DNA of 37,937 nucleotides, from the IMG/VR virus record IMGVR_UViG_2585427766_000015, one strand, 5' to 3'. Shown piece after piece: positions 1 to 8,420 of this stretch. A program made the translations under genes and the position numbers. The first letter of the stretch is position 1; each line of letters starts with the position of its first letter. The notes under the pieces are model-generated. The model saw nothing but the letters and a program-made list of their open reading frames with translations, was not told where the DNA came from and ran no database searches. Source of the DNA: a virus (lineage: Duplodnaviria > Heunggongvirae > Uroviricota > Caudoviricetes).

Positions 1-1254
1 ATGCTGGAACAAATGGGCATTGCCGCGAAGCAAGCCTCGTATAAATTAGCGCAACTCTCCAGCCGCGAAAAAAATCGCGTGCTGGAAAAAATCGCCGATG
101 AACTGGAAGCACAAAGCGAAATCATCCTCAACGCTAACGCCCAGGATGTTGCTGACGCGCGAGCCAATGGCCTTAGCGAAGCGATGCTTGACCGTCTGGC
201 ACTGACGCCCGCACGGCTGAAAGGCATTGCCGACGATGTACGCCAGGTGTGTAACCTCGCCGATCCGGTGGGGCAGGTAATCGATGGCGGCGTACTGGAC
301 AGCGGCCTGCGTCTTGAGCGTCGTCGCGTACCGCTGGGGGTTATTGGCGTGATTTATGAAGCGCGCCCGAACGTGACGGTTGATGTCGCTTCGCTGTGCC
401 TGAAAACCGGTAATGCGGTGATCCTGCGTGGTGGCAAAGAAACCTGTCGCACTAACGCGGCAACGGTGGCGGTGATTCAGGACGCCCTGAAATCCTGTGG
501 CTTACCGGCGGGTGCCGTGCAGGCGATTGATAATCCTGACCGTGCGCTGGTCAGTGAAATGCTGCGTATGGATAAATACATCGACATGCTGATCCCGCGT
601 GGTGGCGCTGGTTTGCATAAACTGTGCCGTGAACAGTCGACAATCCCGGTGATCACAGGTGGTATAGGCGTATGCCATATTTACGTTGATGAAAGTGTAG
701 AGATCGCTGAAGCATTAAAAGTGATCGTCAACGCGAAAACTCAGCGTCCGAGCACATGTAATACGGTTGAAACGTTGCTGGTGAATAAAAACATCGCCGA
801 TAGCTTCCTGCCCGCATTAAGCAAACAAATGGCGGAAAGCGGCGTGACATTACACGCAGATGCAGCTGCACTGGCGCAGTTGCAGGCAGGCCCTGCGAAG
901 GTGGTTGCTGTTAAAGCCGAAGAGTATGACGATGAGTTTCTGTCATTAGATTTGAACGTCAAAATCGTCAGCGATCTTGACGATGCCATCGCCCATATTC
1001 GTGAACACGGCACACAACACTCCGATGCGATCCTGACCCGCGATATGCGCAACGCCCAGCGTTTTGTTAACGAAGTGGATTCGTCCGCTGTTTACGTTAA
1101 CGCCTCTACGCGTTTTACCGACGGCGGCCAGTTTGGTCTGGGTGCGGAAGTGGCGGTAAGCACACAAAAACTCCACGCGCGTGGCCCAATGGGGCTGGAA
1201 GCACTGACCACTTACAAGTGGATCGGCATTGGTGATTACACCATTCGTGCGTAA
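1..1254 (+). CDS. proA: Gamma-glutamyl phosphate reductase (glutamate-5-semialdehyde dehydrogenase), complete 417 aa
   Basis: Full-length ORF; translation matches recalled E. coli ProA over its whole length ([38 protein letters not shown]...). Host housekeeping gene. Confidence 0.95.
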
Positions 1255-1368
1255 ATAAAACCGGGTGATGCAAAAGTAGCCATTTGATTCACAAGGCCAT
1301 TGACGCATCGCCCGGTTAGTTTTAACCTTGTCCACCGTGATTCACGTTCGTGAACATGTCCTTTCAGG

Positions 1369-1444
1369 GCCGATATAGCTCAGTTGGTAGAGCAGCGCAT
1401 TCGTAATGCGAAGGTCGTAGGTTCGACTCCTATTATCGGCACCA
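1369..1444 (+). tRNA. thrW: tRNA-Thr (anticodon CGT), 76 nt with encoded CCA
   Basis: GCCGATATAGCTCAGTTGGTAGAGCAGCGCATTCGTAATGCGAAGGTCGTAGGTTCGACTCCTATTATCGGCACCA read directly; acceptor stem, D-loop, anticodon loop CATTCGTAATG and T-loop GGTTCGACTCC all recognisable. Sits immediately upstream of the prophage integrase. Confidence 0.93.
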
Positions 1445-1458
1445 TTTAAATCAATAAG
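1400..1458. other. Prophage left junction (attL region) overlapping the 3' end of thrW; exact core not determinable from one junction
   Basis: Integrase stop codon lies 15 bp after the tRNA 3' end. Phages that integrate into tRNA genes carry the tRNA 3' segment in attP. Confidence 0.4.
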
Positions 1459-2622
1459 TTACACATCATTAGTACCTTCTTTATTTTTTGACTGGGACAA
1501 ATTTGGGACCGATGGGTTCAGGATCGAGTCTATTTGCCGTGCGTGTTCGGTAAGGTGATTAGGTGCAAGGTGAGCATATCGACGAACCATTTCGATAGAC
1601 TCCCAGCCTCCCATTTCCTGTAACACTGACAACGGGACTCCGGCTTGAACCAGCCAACTTGCCCAGGTGTGTCTCAAGTCGTGAAATCTGAAATCATCAA
1701 TACCAGCCCGTCTCAGCGCCGCTTTCCAGGCTGTGTTTGCGTCATACCGCATCTTCCTTACTGTTGGCGCTTTCGTTCCGTCTGGTTTGGTACAGCTTTC
1801 CTTGTACACAAATACCCAACGGTGATGATTCCCGATTTGTTTTTTCAATACGCGACATGCAGTATCATTCAGCGCAACGCCAATTGCGCGGTTTGATTTA
1901 CTCTCTTCCGGGTTTATCCATGCCACCCGGCGCTGCATATCTATTTGTTGCCATTCAAGGTTGATGATGTTCGAGCGTCTTAAACCTGTTGCCAGTGCAA
2001 ATTCAACAACAGACTTTAATGGCTCGGGACATTCATCAATCAGCCTTTGTGCTTCATGGGGCTCCAGCCAGCGGATCCGTTTATTCTTTGGTTGAGGCAC
2101 TTTAATAATTGGTGCCTTATCCAGCATTTTCCATTCACGCTCTGCGGCTCTTAGTAGGGCCTTTATAAATGAAAGATGCGTAGCCTTCGTTGCAACGGAC
2201 GCTGGTTTTGGCGTGTATTCTGGAACAGGTTTCCCTTTTTTTCTGCATGCTTCTGCCCTGAGTTTCCAGTTTTCCTCATGACGCCGGTTCGTCATTTTCT
2301 GCATTGCTGAATAAATTTTTGATTCAGTAATGTCTCTTAGTTGCATTCCTGCGAAATGTTGAAGCCAGAATCCGATCCGGCTTTTGTCATCGTCCAGTGA
2401 TTTTTTATGTGCTTTCTCTTCAAGCCACCTGACACACGCTTCCTCGAACGTTATATCAGGTATTTCACCAAGTTTGCTGACCCGCCATGCTTCAGCCTTT
2501 AGCATGTCATGGAGTTCTGTCGCCTGCCTTTTGTCCTTTGTTCCAAGAGACTGTTTAAATCTTTTACCGTTCGGCAATGTGAAACTGGCGTACCATATTT
2601 CACCTCTGCGGAAGAGTGACAT
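1459..2622 (-). CDS. int: Tyrosine-type site-specific integrase (P22 Int-like), 387 aa
   Basis: N-terminus [39 protein letters not shown] and C-terminal catalytic region ([15 protein letters not shown] ... RYAHL) typical of lambda/P22-family integrases; location adjacent to thrW. Confidence 0.92.
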   Translation of the reverse strand: MSLFRRGEIWYASFTLPNGKRFKQSLGTKDKRQATELHDMLKAEAWRVSKLGEIPDITFEEACVRWLEEKAHKKSLDDDKSRIGFWLQHFAGMQLRDITESKIYSAMQKMTNRRHEENWKLRAEACRKKGKPVPEYTPKPASVATKATHLSFIKALLRAAEREWKMLDKAPIIKVPQPKNKRIRWLEPHEAQRLIDECPEPLKSVVEFALATGLRRSNIINLEWQQIDMQRRVAWINPEESKSNRAIGVALNDTACRVLKKQIGNHHRWVFVYKESCTKPDGTKAPTVRKMRYDANTAWKAALRRAGIDDFRFHDLRHTWASWLVQAGVPLSVLQEMGGWESIEMVRRYAHLAPNHLTEHARQIDSILNPSVPNLSQSKNKEGTNDV

Positions 2623-2849
2623 TTTCTTTCCTCTGTTATGCCATCACCCGCGCTCACCTGGACAGTATGCAGCGGAGACTGAAGAGCCGCAATGCAGGCT
2701 TGTCGTGTTGTGAGGTAAGGAGATTTATTCTTAGTGGGATCTTTGCGTGTTGCCTGAAGACGCCCTGTGCGTATCCAGTTAATGGCAGTCGGTCTGGATA
2801 TCTTGAGAAAATGACAGGCCTCATCGAGTGTGAGGCTGTATGGCTCCAT
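2499..2849 (-). CDS. xis: Excisionase (Xis), about 116 aa; 3' end overlaps int start
   Basis: Internal ATG giving [32 protein letters not shown] (HTH-like N-terminus); int-overlapping arrangement as in P22; upstream ORF stop overlaps this ATG (TAATG). Confidence 0.75.
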   Translation of the reverse strand: MEPYSLTLDEACHFLKISRPTAINWIRTGRLQATRKDPTKNKSPYLTTRQACIAALQSPLHTVQVSAGDGITEERKCHSSAEVKYGTPVSHCRTVKDLNSLLEQRTKGRRQNSMTC

Positions 2850-3154
2850 TATTTCACCTCTTGCTGTGACATTGTTGAAAAATGGATACCAGCTCGTTGC
2901 TGCCAGACGATCCAACCGAGAGTCATATCCCATGCCATGTATTCGTTATCGCCATTTTTTGCTCTCCGACGATCTACTAAGTCACCGAAACGCTTTTCCA
3001 TGAATAATTCATAAGCTTCGCGTTCATCTGGTTCTACTTCCAGCGATAGGAGTGCGATTTCATAAGCACGGCGCTCAATATCGTCTCGCACGTCAAGGCT
3101 GCTGATACGCTCTTTAATTTCTTTAATCAGTTCTTTGTCGGTAAAAGTGATCAT
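2849..3154 (-). CDS. Hypothetical early-left protein, 101 aa
   Basis: ORF translationally coupled to both neighbours; no family recognised by eye. Confidence 0.5.
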   Translation of the reverse strand: MITFTDKELIKEIKERISSLDVRDDIERRAYEIALLSLEVEPDEREAYELFMEKRFGDLVDRRRAKNGDNEYMAWDMTLGWIVWQQRAGIHFSTMSQQEVK

Positions 3155-3516
3155 TATGCTCCAGCCTCCGGTGCTTTTGGCATTATTGCCCAGTGAGTGA
3201 TATTGACGTTTTCAAGGTCCCCGACCTGAAATGTCCACTGCCATTCTCCGGTTTCTTTTTGTCCCCATGTGTACCAGAGAGAACGCCAGCCAATTAGCCA
3301 GCCTTCTCCGTTAGCATCGAATAACAAAACACTTTCATTTGCTGGTGGCAGTTCAGCTGACACTGGTATTACTTTGTTTTCCTGTGCTGCACATTTAGCT
3401 TCAAGCGCATCGAATTTACGCACCAGGTATTCAGCATCTGTTTCATTTACTTTCAGATCTCGCGGTACACATCTCCCACGAAGAAACCCTTCCATTTCGA
3501 AAACATTCATGCGCAT
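3154..3516 (-). CDS. DUF551-like phage protein, about 118-120 aa
   Basis: C-terminal WxxxxxLPP ... ITHWAIMPKAPE motif resembling the DUF551 signature; a likely start at 3510 forms an ATGA overlap with the upstream stop. Confidence 0.5.
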   Translation of the reverse strand: MRMNVFEMEGFLRGRCVPRDLKVNETDAEYLVRKFDALEAKCAAQENKVIPVSAELPPANESVLLFDANGEGWLIGWRSLWYTWGQKETGEWQWTFQVGDLENVNITHWAIMPKAPEAGA

Positions 3517-4043
3517 TTGCGTAACTCCGATAACTCGTTAAAACGTTCCATAAACATCCCGTAGGCATGGCCCGGTGCCTGTGGAATCACTTTGAACATC
3601 TCTGTTGCCGGGATACCTTCCAGTACAGGCCAGAAAGAGCCATCATCAAGCCCGAGATCGCGGCGTTCGGTTGCCAGCATAATGAGATCGGCATATTTCA
3701 CTGGCGTGCTCATAACAGGAGGTAACCCGTATTTCTCACGGATTACGGCGTCTATTTTTTCTTCCATCCGTTTATAGTCAGGAAGAAGTCGTTTCAGTGG
3801 TGCGGGGATGTCCTGGCAATATGCTTCTGTTGCATCATGCATTAAAGCTTCAAAAGCAAATTCCTGCGGCACCAGCTGGCTGCAAAGCACCGCATGTTGG
3901 GCGACACTGTAGAAGTGTGAAAGATGTCCTGCAAAGCGACAGATATTTGAAAGGGAAACCGCGATATCGTTAATAACGATGTCGTCTTTATTTATCCTGT
4001 CATAATAAAAATGCTTCCCGGAAAAAGTTTTAATAAATGACAT
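3507..4043 (-). CDS. HD-domain phosphohydrolase (YfbR-like 5'-deoxynucleotidase family), about 178 aa
   Basis: His...HD motif (LMHDATEAY) and overall resemblance to HD hydrolases; the ATG at 4043 has a GGAG Shine-Dalgarno 6 nt upstream (the ORF track extends to a GTG at 4070). Confidence 0.7.
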   Translation of the reverse strand: MSFIKTFSGKHFYYDRINKDDIVINDIAVSLSNICRFAGHLSHFYSVAQHAVLCSQLVPQEFAFEALMHDATEAYCQDIPAPLKRLLPDYKRMEEKIDAVIREKYGLPPVMSTPVKYADLIMLATERRDLGLDDGSFWPVLEGIPATEMFKVIPQAPGHAYGMFMERFNELSELRKCA

Positions 4044-4587
4044 TTTGTTCTCCACGTATATGCGCTGCACCGCGCTGAATTCGGGTAAAAGGAAGCCCTC
4101 ACCGTCCGGCGATTATTGAGTCAATTACATTTCCATAAATGCCCCCGTAGGGGCGGTTAGTTTCTCCACAAAACAGAGAAGAACACCTGCGGTGGCAGCC
4201 GCCCGGATGGATTGGGTTATGAGCCCGTCGTCCGGTGATGCTCTTCTCTGTTTTGTAAAAAGGACGGTACCAGCCGGAAGCAAGGGTACAAACTGGTACC
4301 GCCAGGACTACACACAGCATAAAGTTGTGGTGCCGGGTGCCTCCCGGTGCCTGGCGAAGGTTGCACACCAGACGGGTGGGTATCCACAGAAGGTCGACTG
4401 TCAGCCTCAACCTTAACCCGCGTGCGCTGAGCCGCATTCACCACAACGCTAAGAATTCTCTCTGGTTGAAAATACTTAGCTGTTATGTGCCTGCTTTTAG
4501 CCACATCAGGCGAGGTGGACCTGGTTATTCCCCAACAACAAGGATTCGGTTAATCTGGTTATCCCCAACAACGCAAAAGGAAAAGAA

Positions 4588-5022
4588 ATGTCCGGTAATA
4601 TCTATACGCTGTACAAATCCCACTGTGAAAATGTTGGAAAGTATCGGGGCATTGAAATCAGTGGGGTAGTGTCATCAGTCGAAATAAGCAAAGTTGAATC
4701 AAGGGCAACATTACTTACTCTTCTGGACCTTGTCTTACATGAGCACCGGAAGAAATTCGGCACTCCCTATAATCAGTTGAATGGGAAAAAAGCTCTGGTT
4801 CACCTTATTCTGATGAAGCATCACTGGATGCCAAAACAGATTAATGAGATGAAATTTGATGAACTTCTTCTTTCAATTCAGGATGAACTCACGCTTGATA
4901 AAATAAGCGTAACCGCCCAGAAATTTTTAGATTATCGAGACTGGAGATCACAAATTCATCACTTTGATGATTTTGACGAAAATGAATGGGATCCTAATTT
5001 GTCTGCACAATATCTAAAGTAA
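4588..5022 (+). CDS. Hypothetical protein, 144 aa, AT-rich, antisense to the leftward early operon (moron)
   Basis: ATG with AAGGAAAAG upstream; tandem 19-bp direct repeats at 4521-4572; a + strand terminator at 5259-5283; no recognisable family. Confidence 0.6.
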   Translation: MSGNIYTLYKSHCENVGKYRGIEISGVVSSVEISKVESRATLLTLLDLVLHEHRKKFGTPYNQLNGKKALVHLILMKHHWMPKQINEMKFDELLLSIQDELTLDKISVTAQKFLDYRDWRSQIHHFDDFDENEWDPNLSAQYLK

Positions 5023-5200
5023 CATCCTGTGATAAAACCGTGATTTCCTGATCCAGTTTTTTTAAGGAGTCTATTGTTTCCTGTCGATAAGACAGCACTT
5101 CACGAAGCTGGTTTATAGCTGCCAGCTTCTTTGCCATCCACTCGTAAATTTCCTCATTTGTGTATCCGGGTGCGACGATTTTTGGTTCTGTTTTGTGCAT
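4994..5200 (-). CDS. Hypothetical small protein, 68 aa; first gene downstream of the putative PL-like promoter
   Basis: ATG at 5200 preceded by a strong GAGGAGGTG Shine-Dalgarno; predicted helical/coiled-coil; 3' end overlaps the convergent 4588-5022 ORF by 29 bp. Confidence 0.55.
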   Translation of the reverse strand: MHKTEPKIVAPGYTNEEIYEWMAKKLAAINQLREVLSYRQETIDSLKKLDQEITVLSQDVTLDIVQTN

Positions 5201-5258
5201 TTCACACCTCCTCAAGTTATCAGTTACTTGTTGATGGGGACCAGATTGTTAAAGAGCT

Positions 5259-5283
5259 AAGCGTCCTGTAGGGCGCTTTTTTG
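5259..5283 (+). terminator. Intrinsic terminator-like hairpin plus T-tract on + strand (AAGCGTCC-TGTA-GGGCGCTT TTTT)
   Basis: Seen in sequence; would terminate the + strand transcript of the 144-aa ORF after it has run antisense across the 68-aa ORF. Confidence 0.45.
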
Positions 5284-5448
5284 TTGCTAACGAATCATCC
5301 TGGACTTCATATGCCCCAGGCGGCTACTTCGTGGGCGTCCTGCCTGTTCGTTTTTGACATTTACTGACTGCTTACGACACATGCACCGTGTTGCAACCAG
5401 ATTTTGTTGTAATCCTGTAGTTGGTCTGGAACAAAAGATAAAATTAAA

Positions 5449-5485
5449 TTGCGAGATATGCAAGTGATATTTGCGAGATATGCAA
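5449..5485. promoter_or_regulatory. OL-like tandem operators: two perfect copies of palindromic TTGCGAGATATGCAA, with a putative leftward promoter
   Basis: Copies at 5449-5463 and 5471-5485 match the TTGC-N7-GCAA site in the cI-cro intergenic region; minus-strand TTGCAT -35 and TATCTT -10-like elements overlap them. Confidence 0.5.
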
Positions 5486-5491
5486 ATTTAT

Positions 5492-5520
5492 GGGTAATAA
5501 AAAGCCACCTTTCGGTGGCC
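5492..5520 (-). terminator. Rho-independent terminator downstream of the cI-like repressor gene
   Basis: Minus-strand GCCACC-GAAA-GGUGGC hairpin followed by UUUUUAUUA, about 20 nt after the repressor stop. Confidence 0.6.
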
Positions 5521-5539
5521 GATGGATGGGATATTGAGG

Positions 5540-6232
5540 TTAATTATGTCTCTTAAGGGTTTGCGACTGACTGATTAAGACCTTTCCAAAGACCATGAAT
5601 CGGTGTTCGTTTTCGCTAGTAATTCCCCATTCACGGTAAATCTGGTTATCAGAAATCACCAGCAGTTTGTCAGGAATCATTTGAAGTCTTTTAACGTATA
5701 TTTTGTCATCAAAACCAAAGACATATATACCATCACCATCAAACTGATTGATGCTGACATCAACGAAGATGAGATCTCCTGGCTCAATGGTTGGACACAT
5801 ACTGTCCCCACGAACGTTGATAACTTTGATGTGATTGGCTGGTCGTCCGCCGAACATTGATACAGCATTATCAGTTCTGTATTCGATGGCATGAATCACA
5901 TCAATGACATCACCGCCTTGGATAAGGCCATTTCCCGCACTGGCACTGATATCCAGCATTTCAATACGGAACACATCCTTCACCTGCGCAACATCCTCAT
6001 TATTACTGTTTTTATATACAGTATTACTTTTGTGGGCAGAGGTAAAGAGATCAGCAATATCAACACCTAAGCTCTTGGCAATATTACTCAGTGTTTGTTC
6101 GGTAAATTGTTTTTGCTTACCCGTTTCTAAGCGCGAGATGTTCGCCGCATCTACTCCTATCGCTTCAGCGAGATCGGCGATTTTCATGTTCTTCGCTTGG
6201 CGAAGTTGTCTGACTCGGTTTCCTATGTTCAT
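5540..6232 (-). CDS. CI-like prophage repressor (N-terminal HTH, C-terminal S24 LexA-like autopeptidase domain), 230 aa
   Basis: N-terminal HTH (KIADLAEAIGVDAANISRLETG); C-terminal GDSMCPTIEPGDLIFVD with downstream Lys (Ser-Lys dyad); divergent from a cro-like gene. Confidence 0.9.
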   Translation of the reverse strand: MNIGNRVRQLRQAKNMKIADLAEAIGVDAANISRLETGKQKQFTEQTLSNIAKSLGVDIADLFTSAHKSNTVYKNSNNEDVAQVKDVFRIEMLDISASAGNGLIQGGDVIDVIHAIEYRTDNAVSMFGGRPANHIKVINVRGDSMCPTIEPGDLIFVDVSINQFDGDGIYVFGFDDKIYVKRLQMIPDKLLVISDNQIYREWGITSENEHRFMVFGKVLISQSQTLKRHN

Positions 6233-6329
6233 GCGTTTATTACATTTCTTTATTGCGTGATAAGCAAATCAACTTGCGCAAAATAATTGCGTGAAATAAC
6301 ATGCATAACGCGCAATATTTGGAGGGCAT
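6233..6329. promoter_or_regulatory. Immunity switch region (OR-like operators and divergent promoters)
   Basis: Perfect operator TTGCGTGATAAGCAA at 6253-6267 plus degenerate TTGCG-containing copies (TTGCGCAA, ATTGCGTG, CGCGCAAT); GGAGGG Shine-Dalgarno before cro ATG. Confidence 0.6.
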
Positions 6330-6590
6330 ATGCAATCACCATTACGAAATGTGCGTAAGGCGCATGGTTTCACTTTGCAGCATGTTGCTGCGGGTGTTCA
6401 AGTCAATCCAGCGACGTTGAGTCGTATTGAGAGGCTGGAGCAGATTCCATCTATCGAGCTTGCAGAACGTTTAGCCAATTTTTTTAAGGGTGAAGTCAGC
6501 GAAATGCAGATTCTTTATCCGGCACGTTTTCAATCTAGCCAAAACCAGAATGGGTTTAAACCACAGGAACAGGAGGTGAACCGTGGGTAA
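6330..6590 (+). CDS. Cro-like HTH (XRE family) regulator, 86 aa
   Basis: HTH motif FTLQHVAAGVQVNPATLSRIE; position divergent from the repressor. Confidence 0.75.
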   Translation: MQSPLRNVRKAHGFTLQHVAAGVQVNPATLSRIERLEQIPSIELAERLANFFKGEVSEMQILYPARFQSSQNQNGFKPQEQEVNRG

Positions 6591-7134
6591 GCATCACTGG
6601 AAAGTAGAAAAACAGCCTGAGTGGTACGTGAAAGCTGTCAGAAAAACTATCGCGGCGTTGCCGGGTGGTTACGCTGAAGCGGCTGACTGGCTGGATGTAA
6701 CAGAGAACGCATTATTTAACCGCCTTCGTGCCGATGGCGATCAGATTTTCCCGCTGGGATGGGCAATGATTTTGCAACGTGCTGGTGGAACTCACTTCAT
6801 TGCTGACGCTGTGGCGCAGTCTGCAAATGGCGTCTTTGTGTCTCTTCCTGACGTCGAGGATGTGGACAACGCCGATATTAACCAGCGTCTGCTGGAAGTC
6901 ATTGAACAGATCGGCAGTTATTCAAAACAGATTCGTTCAGCAATCGAAGACGGTGTAGTGGAACCGCATGAGAAGACAGCAATTAACGACGAGCTGTATC
7001 TCTCAATTTCGAAGCTGCAGGAGCATGCAGCACTGGTCTACAAAATCTTTTGCATTTCAGAAAGTAATGACGCCCGCGAGTGTGCAGCTCCGGGCGCCGT
7101 GGCGTGTCGTGACTGTGGAGAAACTAACGCATGA
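6583..7134 (+). CDS. Putative regulatory protein (CII/YdaT-like position), 183 aa
   Basis: Positional analogy (gene after cro) and vague family resemblance only. Confidence 0.4.
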   Translation: MGKHHWKVEKQPEWYVKAVRKTIAALPGGYAEAADWLDVTENALFNRLRADGDQIFPLGWAMILQRAGGTHFIADAVAQSANGVFVSLPDVEDVDNADINQRLLEVIEQIGSYSKQIRSAIEDGVVEPHEKTAINDELYLSISKLQEHAALVYKIFCISESNDARECAAPGAVACRDCGETNA

Positions 7135-7489
7135 ACAGTTTAACAACACACTACCGTCGCTCGCAACTGATTGCGCTTCCTGTACCGGGTGGAAAAGCGA
7201 AGGTGGAGTATTGCTATGCAGTGAATGTACCAGGTGACAGGGAAATTGTAACCCACAGCTTTGCAGAGTGGGCTGTGGGTGATTTCAACCGGCAGAAGGA
7301 GACAGTCCTTTGCGACAAGTTAACCGCTGGTTCAAAGATCACTACGGAGTGCCCGTCAGAGTCATTCGTTGGGAGCCGGAAACACAACGGGTTATCTACC
7401 TCCGTGAAGGCTATGAGCATGAGTGCTTCAGCCCGCTCGAACAGTTTCGTCGTAAATTCAGGGAAATAGAGGTCGGTCATGAGCACTAA
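7131..7489 (+). pseudogene. Hypothetical gene with apparent -1 frameshift (N-terminus in one frame from 7131, protein-like C-terminus in the -1 frame from about 7283 to 7489)
   Basis: Annotated-frame C-terminus is Ser/Thr-rich and unnatural; the alternative frame reads [53 protein letters not shown] with no ATG start. Confidence 0.4.
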
Positions 7490-8420
7490 ATTAACCGGCT
7501 ATGTATGGGATGGTTGCGCAGCGTCAGGCATGAAATTATCCAGCGTGGCAATTATGGCCCGCCTGGCTGATTTCAGTAATGACGAAGGTGTGTGCTGGCC
7601 ATCAATTGAAACCATTGCCCGTCAGATTGGCGCGGGGATGAGTACCGTCAGGACGGCTATCGCACGGCTGGAAGCAGAAGGCTGGTTAACGCGTAAGGCG
7701 CGTCGCCAGGGTAACCGCAATGCGTCGAATGTTTATCAGCTTAACGTTGCGAAGCTTCAGGCAGCGGCATTTTCTCAACTGTCAGATTCTGACCCGTCAA
7801 AATCTGACGCATCAAAATCTGACCCGTCCAAATTTGATGCGTCGAAATCTGGCAAAAAAGCGGGTTTTCACCCGTCAGAATCTGGCGGGGATCCGTCAGT
7901 AAAATCAAAACATGATCCGTCAGATAAAAAACCTTCTCGTCCGGACGCTTCGCAACCGGACACGCAGACGGCTGAACAGGATTTTTTAACTCGCCATCCT
8001 GATGCGGTTGTATTCAGCCCTAAAAAGCGCCAGTGGGGGACGCAGGATGATTTGACCTGCGCACAGTGGCTCTGGAAAAAAATCATCGCCCTGTACGAGC
8101 AGGCTGCCGAATGTGACGGCGAGGTGGTTCGTCCCAAAGAACCGAACTGGACAGCCTGGGCAAACGAAATTCGCCTGATGTGTGTACAGGATGGGCGTAC
8201 TCACAAACAAATCTGCGAGATGTACAGCCGCGTCAGCCGCGATCCGTTCTGGTGCCGTAACGTGCTCAGCCCGTCGAAGCTGCGGGAAAAATGGGATGAG
8301 CTTTCCCTGCGCTTATCGCCGTCCGTCAGCACGTACACCGAAAAACGCGAGGACCCGTACTTCAAAGCCAGTTACGACAACGTGGACTACAGCCAGATCC
8401 CGGCAGGATTCAGAGGGTGA
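7479..8420 (+). CDS. Replication initiation protein (O-like, N-terminal winged helix), 313 aa
   Basis: N-terminal HTH/winged-helix region; internal tandem DNA repeats (iterons) encoding the SDxSK repeat; position after the cro/CII block. Confidence 0.75.
   Translation: MSTKLTGYVWDGCAASGMKLSSVAIMARLADFSNDEGVCWPSIETIARQIGAGMSTVRTAIARLEAEGWLTRKARRQGNRNASNVYQLNVAKLQAAAFSQLSDSDPSKSDASKSDPSKFDASKSGKKAGFHPSESGGDPSVKSKHDPSDKKPSRPDASQPDTQTAEQDFLTRHPDAVVFSPKKRQWGTQDDLTCAQWLWKKIIALYEQAAECDGEVVRPKEPNWTAWANEIRLMCVQDGRTHKQICEMYSRVSRDPFWCRNVLSPSKLREKWDELSLRLSPSVSTYTEKREDPYFKASYDNVDYSQIPAGFRG
7785..7935. repeat. Putative origin of replication: about four tandem 15-bp iterons (TCTGACCCGTCAAAA-like) plus further CCGTCAG copies and an A/T-rich tract, inside the replication gene
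   Basis: Direct repeats read in sequence; same organisation as lambda ori within gene O. Confidence 0.6.

Noticed and set aside
1259-1325. Large imperfect stem (CCGGGTGATGC ... GCATCGCCCGG) between proA and thrW as a proA terminator
   Set aside because: The loop is about 33 nt and overlaps the probable thrW promoter (TTGACG); terminator function cannot be supported from sequence alone.
741-1335. Minus-strand ORFs (741-1052, 946-1335) overlapping proA
   Set aside because: They lie antisense inside a well-supported housekeeping gene and have unnatural composition; typical spurious ORFs.
4141-4156. GCCCC-CGTA-GGGGC hairpin as a terminator upstream of the HD-hydrolase gene
   Set aside because: The stem is only 5 bp and neither strand has a convincing downstream U-tract; kept only as part of the structured island.
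4140-4500. Retron msr/msd hypothesis for the inverted-repeat-rich island
   Set aside because: No reverse transcriptase gene anywhere in the window, and the flanking repeat geometry is not that of retron a1/a2 repeats; left as unassigned structured element.
4099-4669. Overlapping ORFs on both strands (4099-4437, 4192-4416, 4217-4504, 4325-4669) in the GC-rich island
   Set aside because: Mutually overlapping, low-complexity translations with no ribosome-binding sites; the region is better explained as non-coding structured DNA/RNA.
7785-7935. Tandem repeats considered as a possible CRISPR array
   Set aside because: Repeats are 15 bp, contiguous without spacers, in-frame within a replication gene, and no cas genes are present; they are origin iterons.
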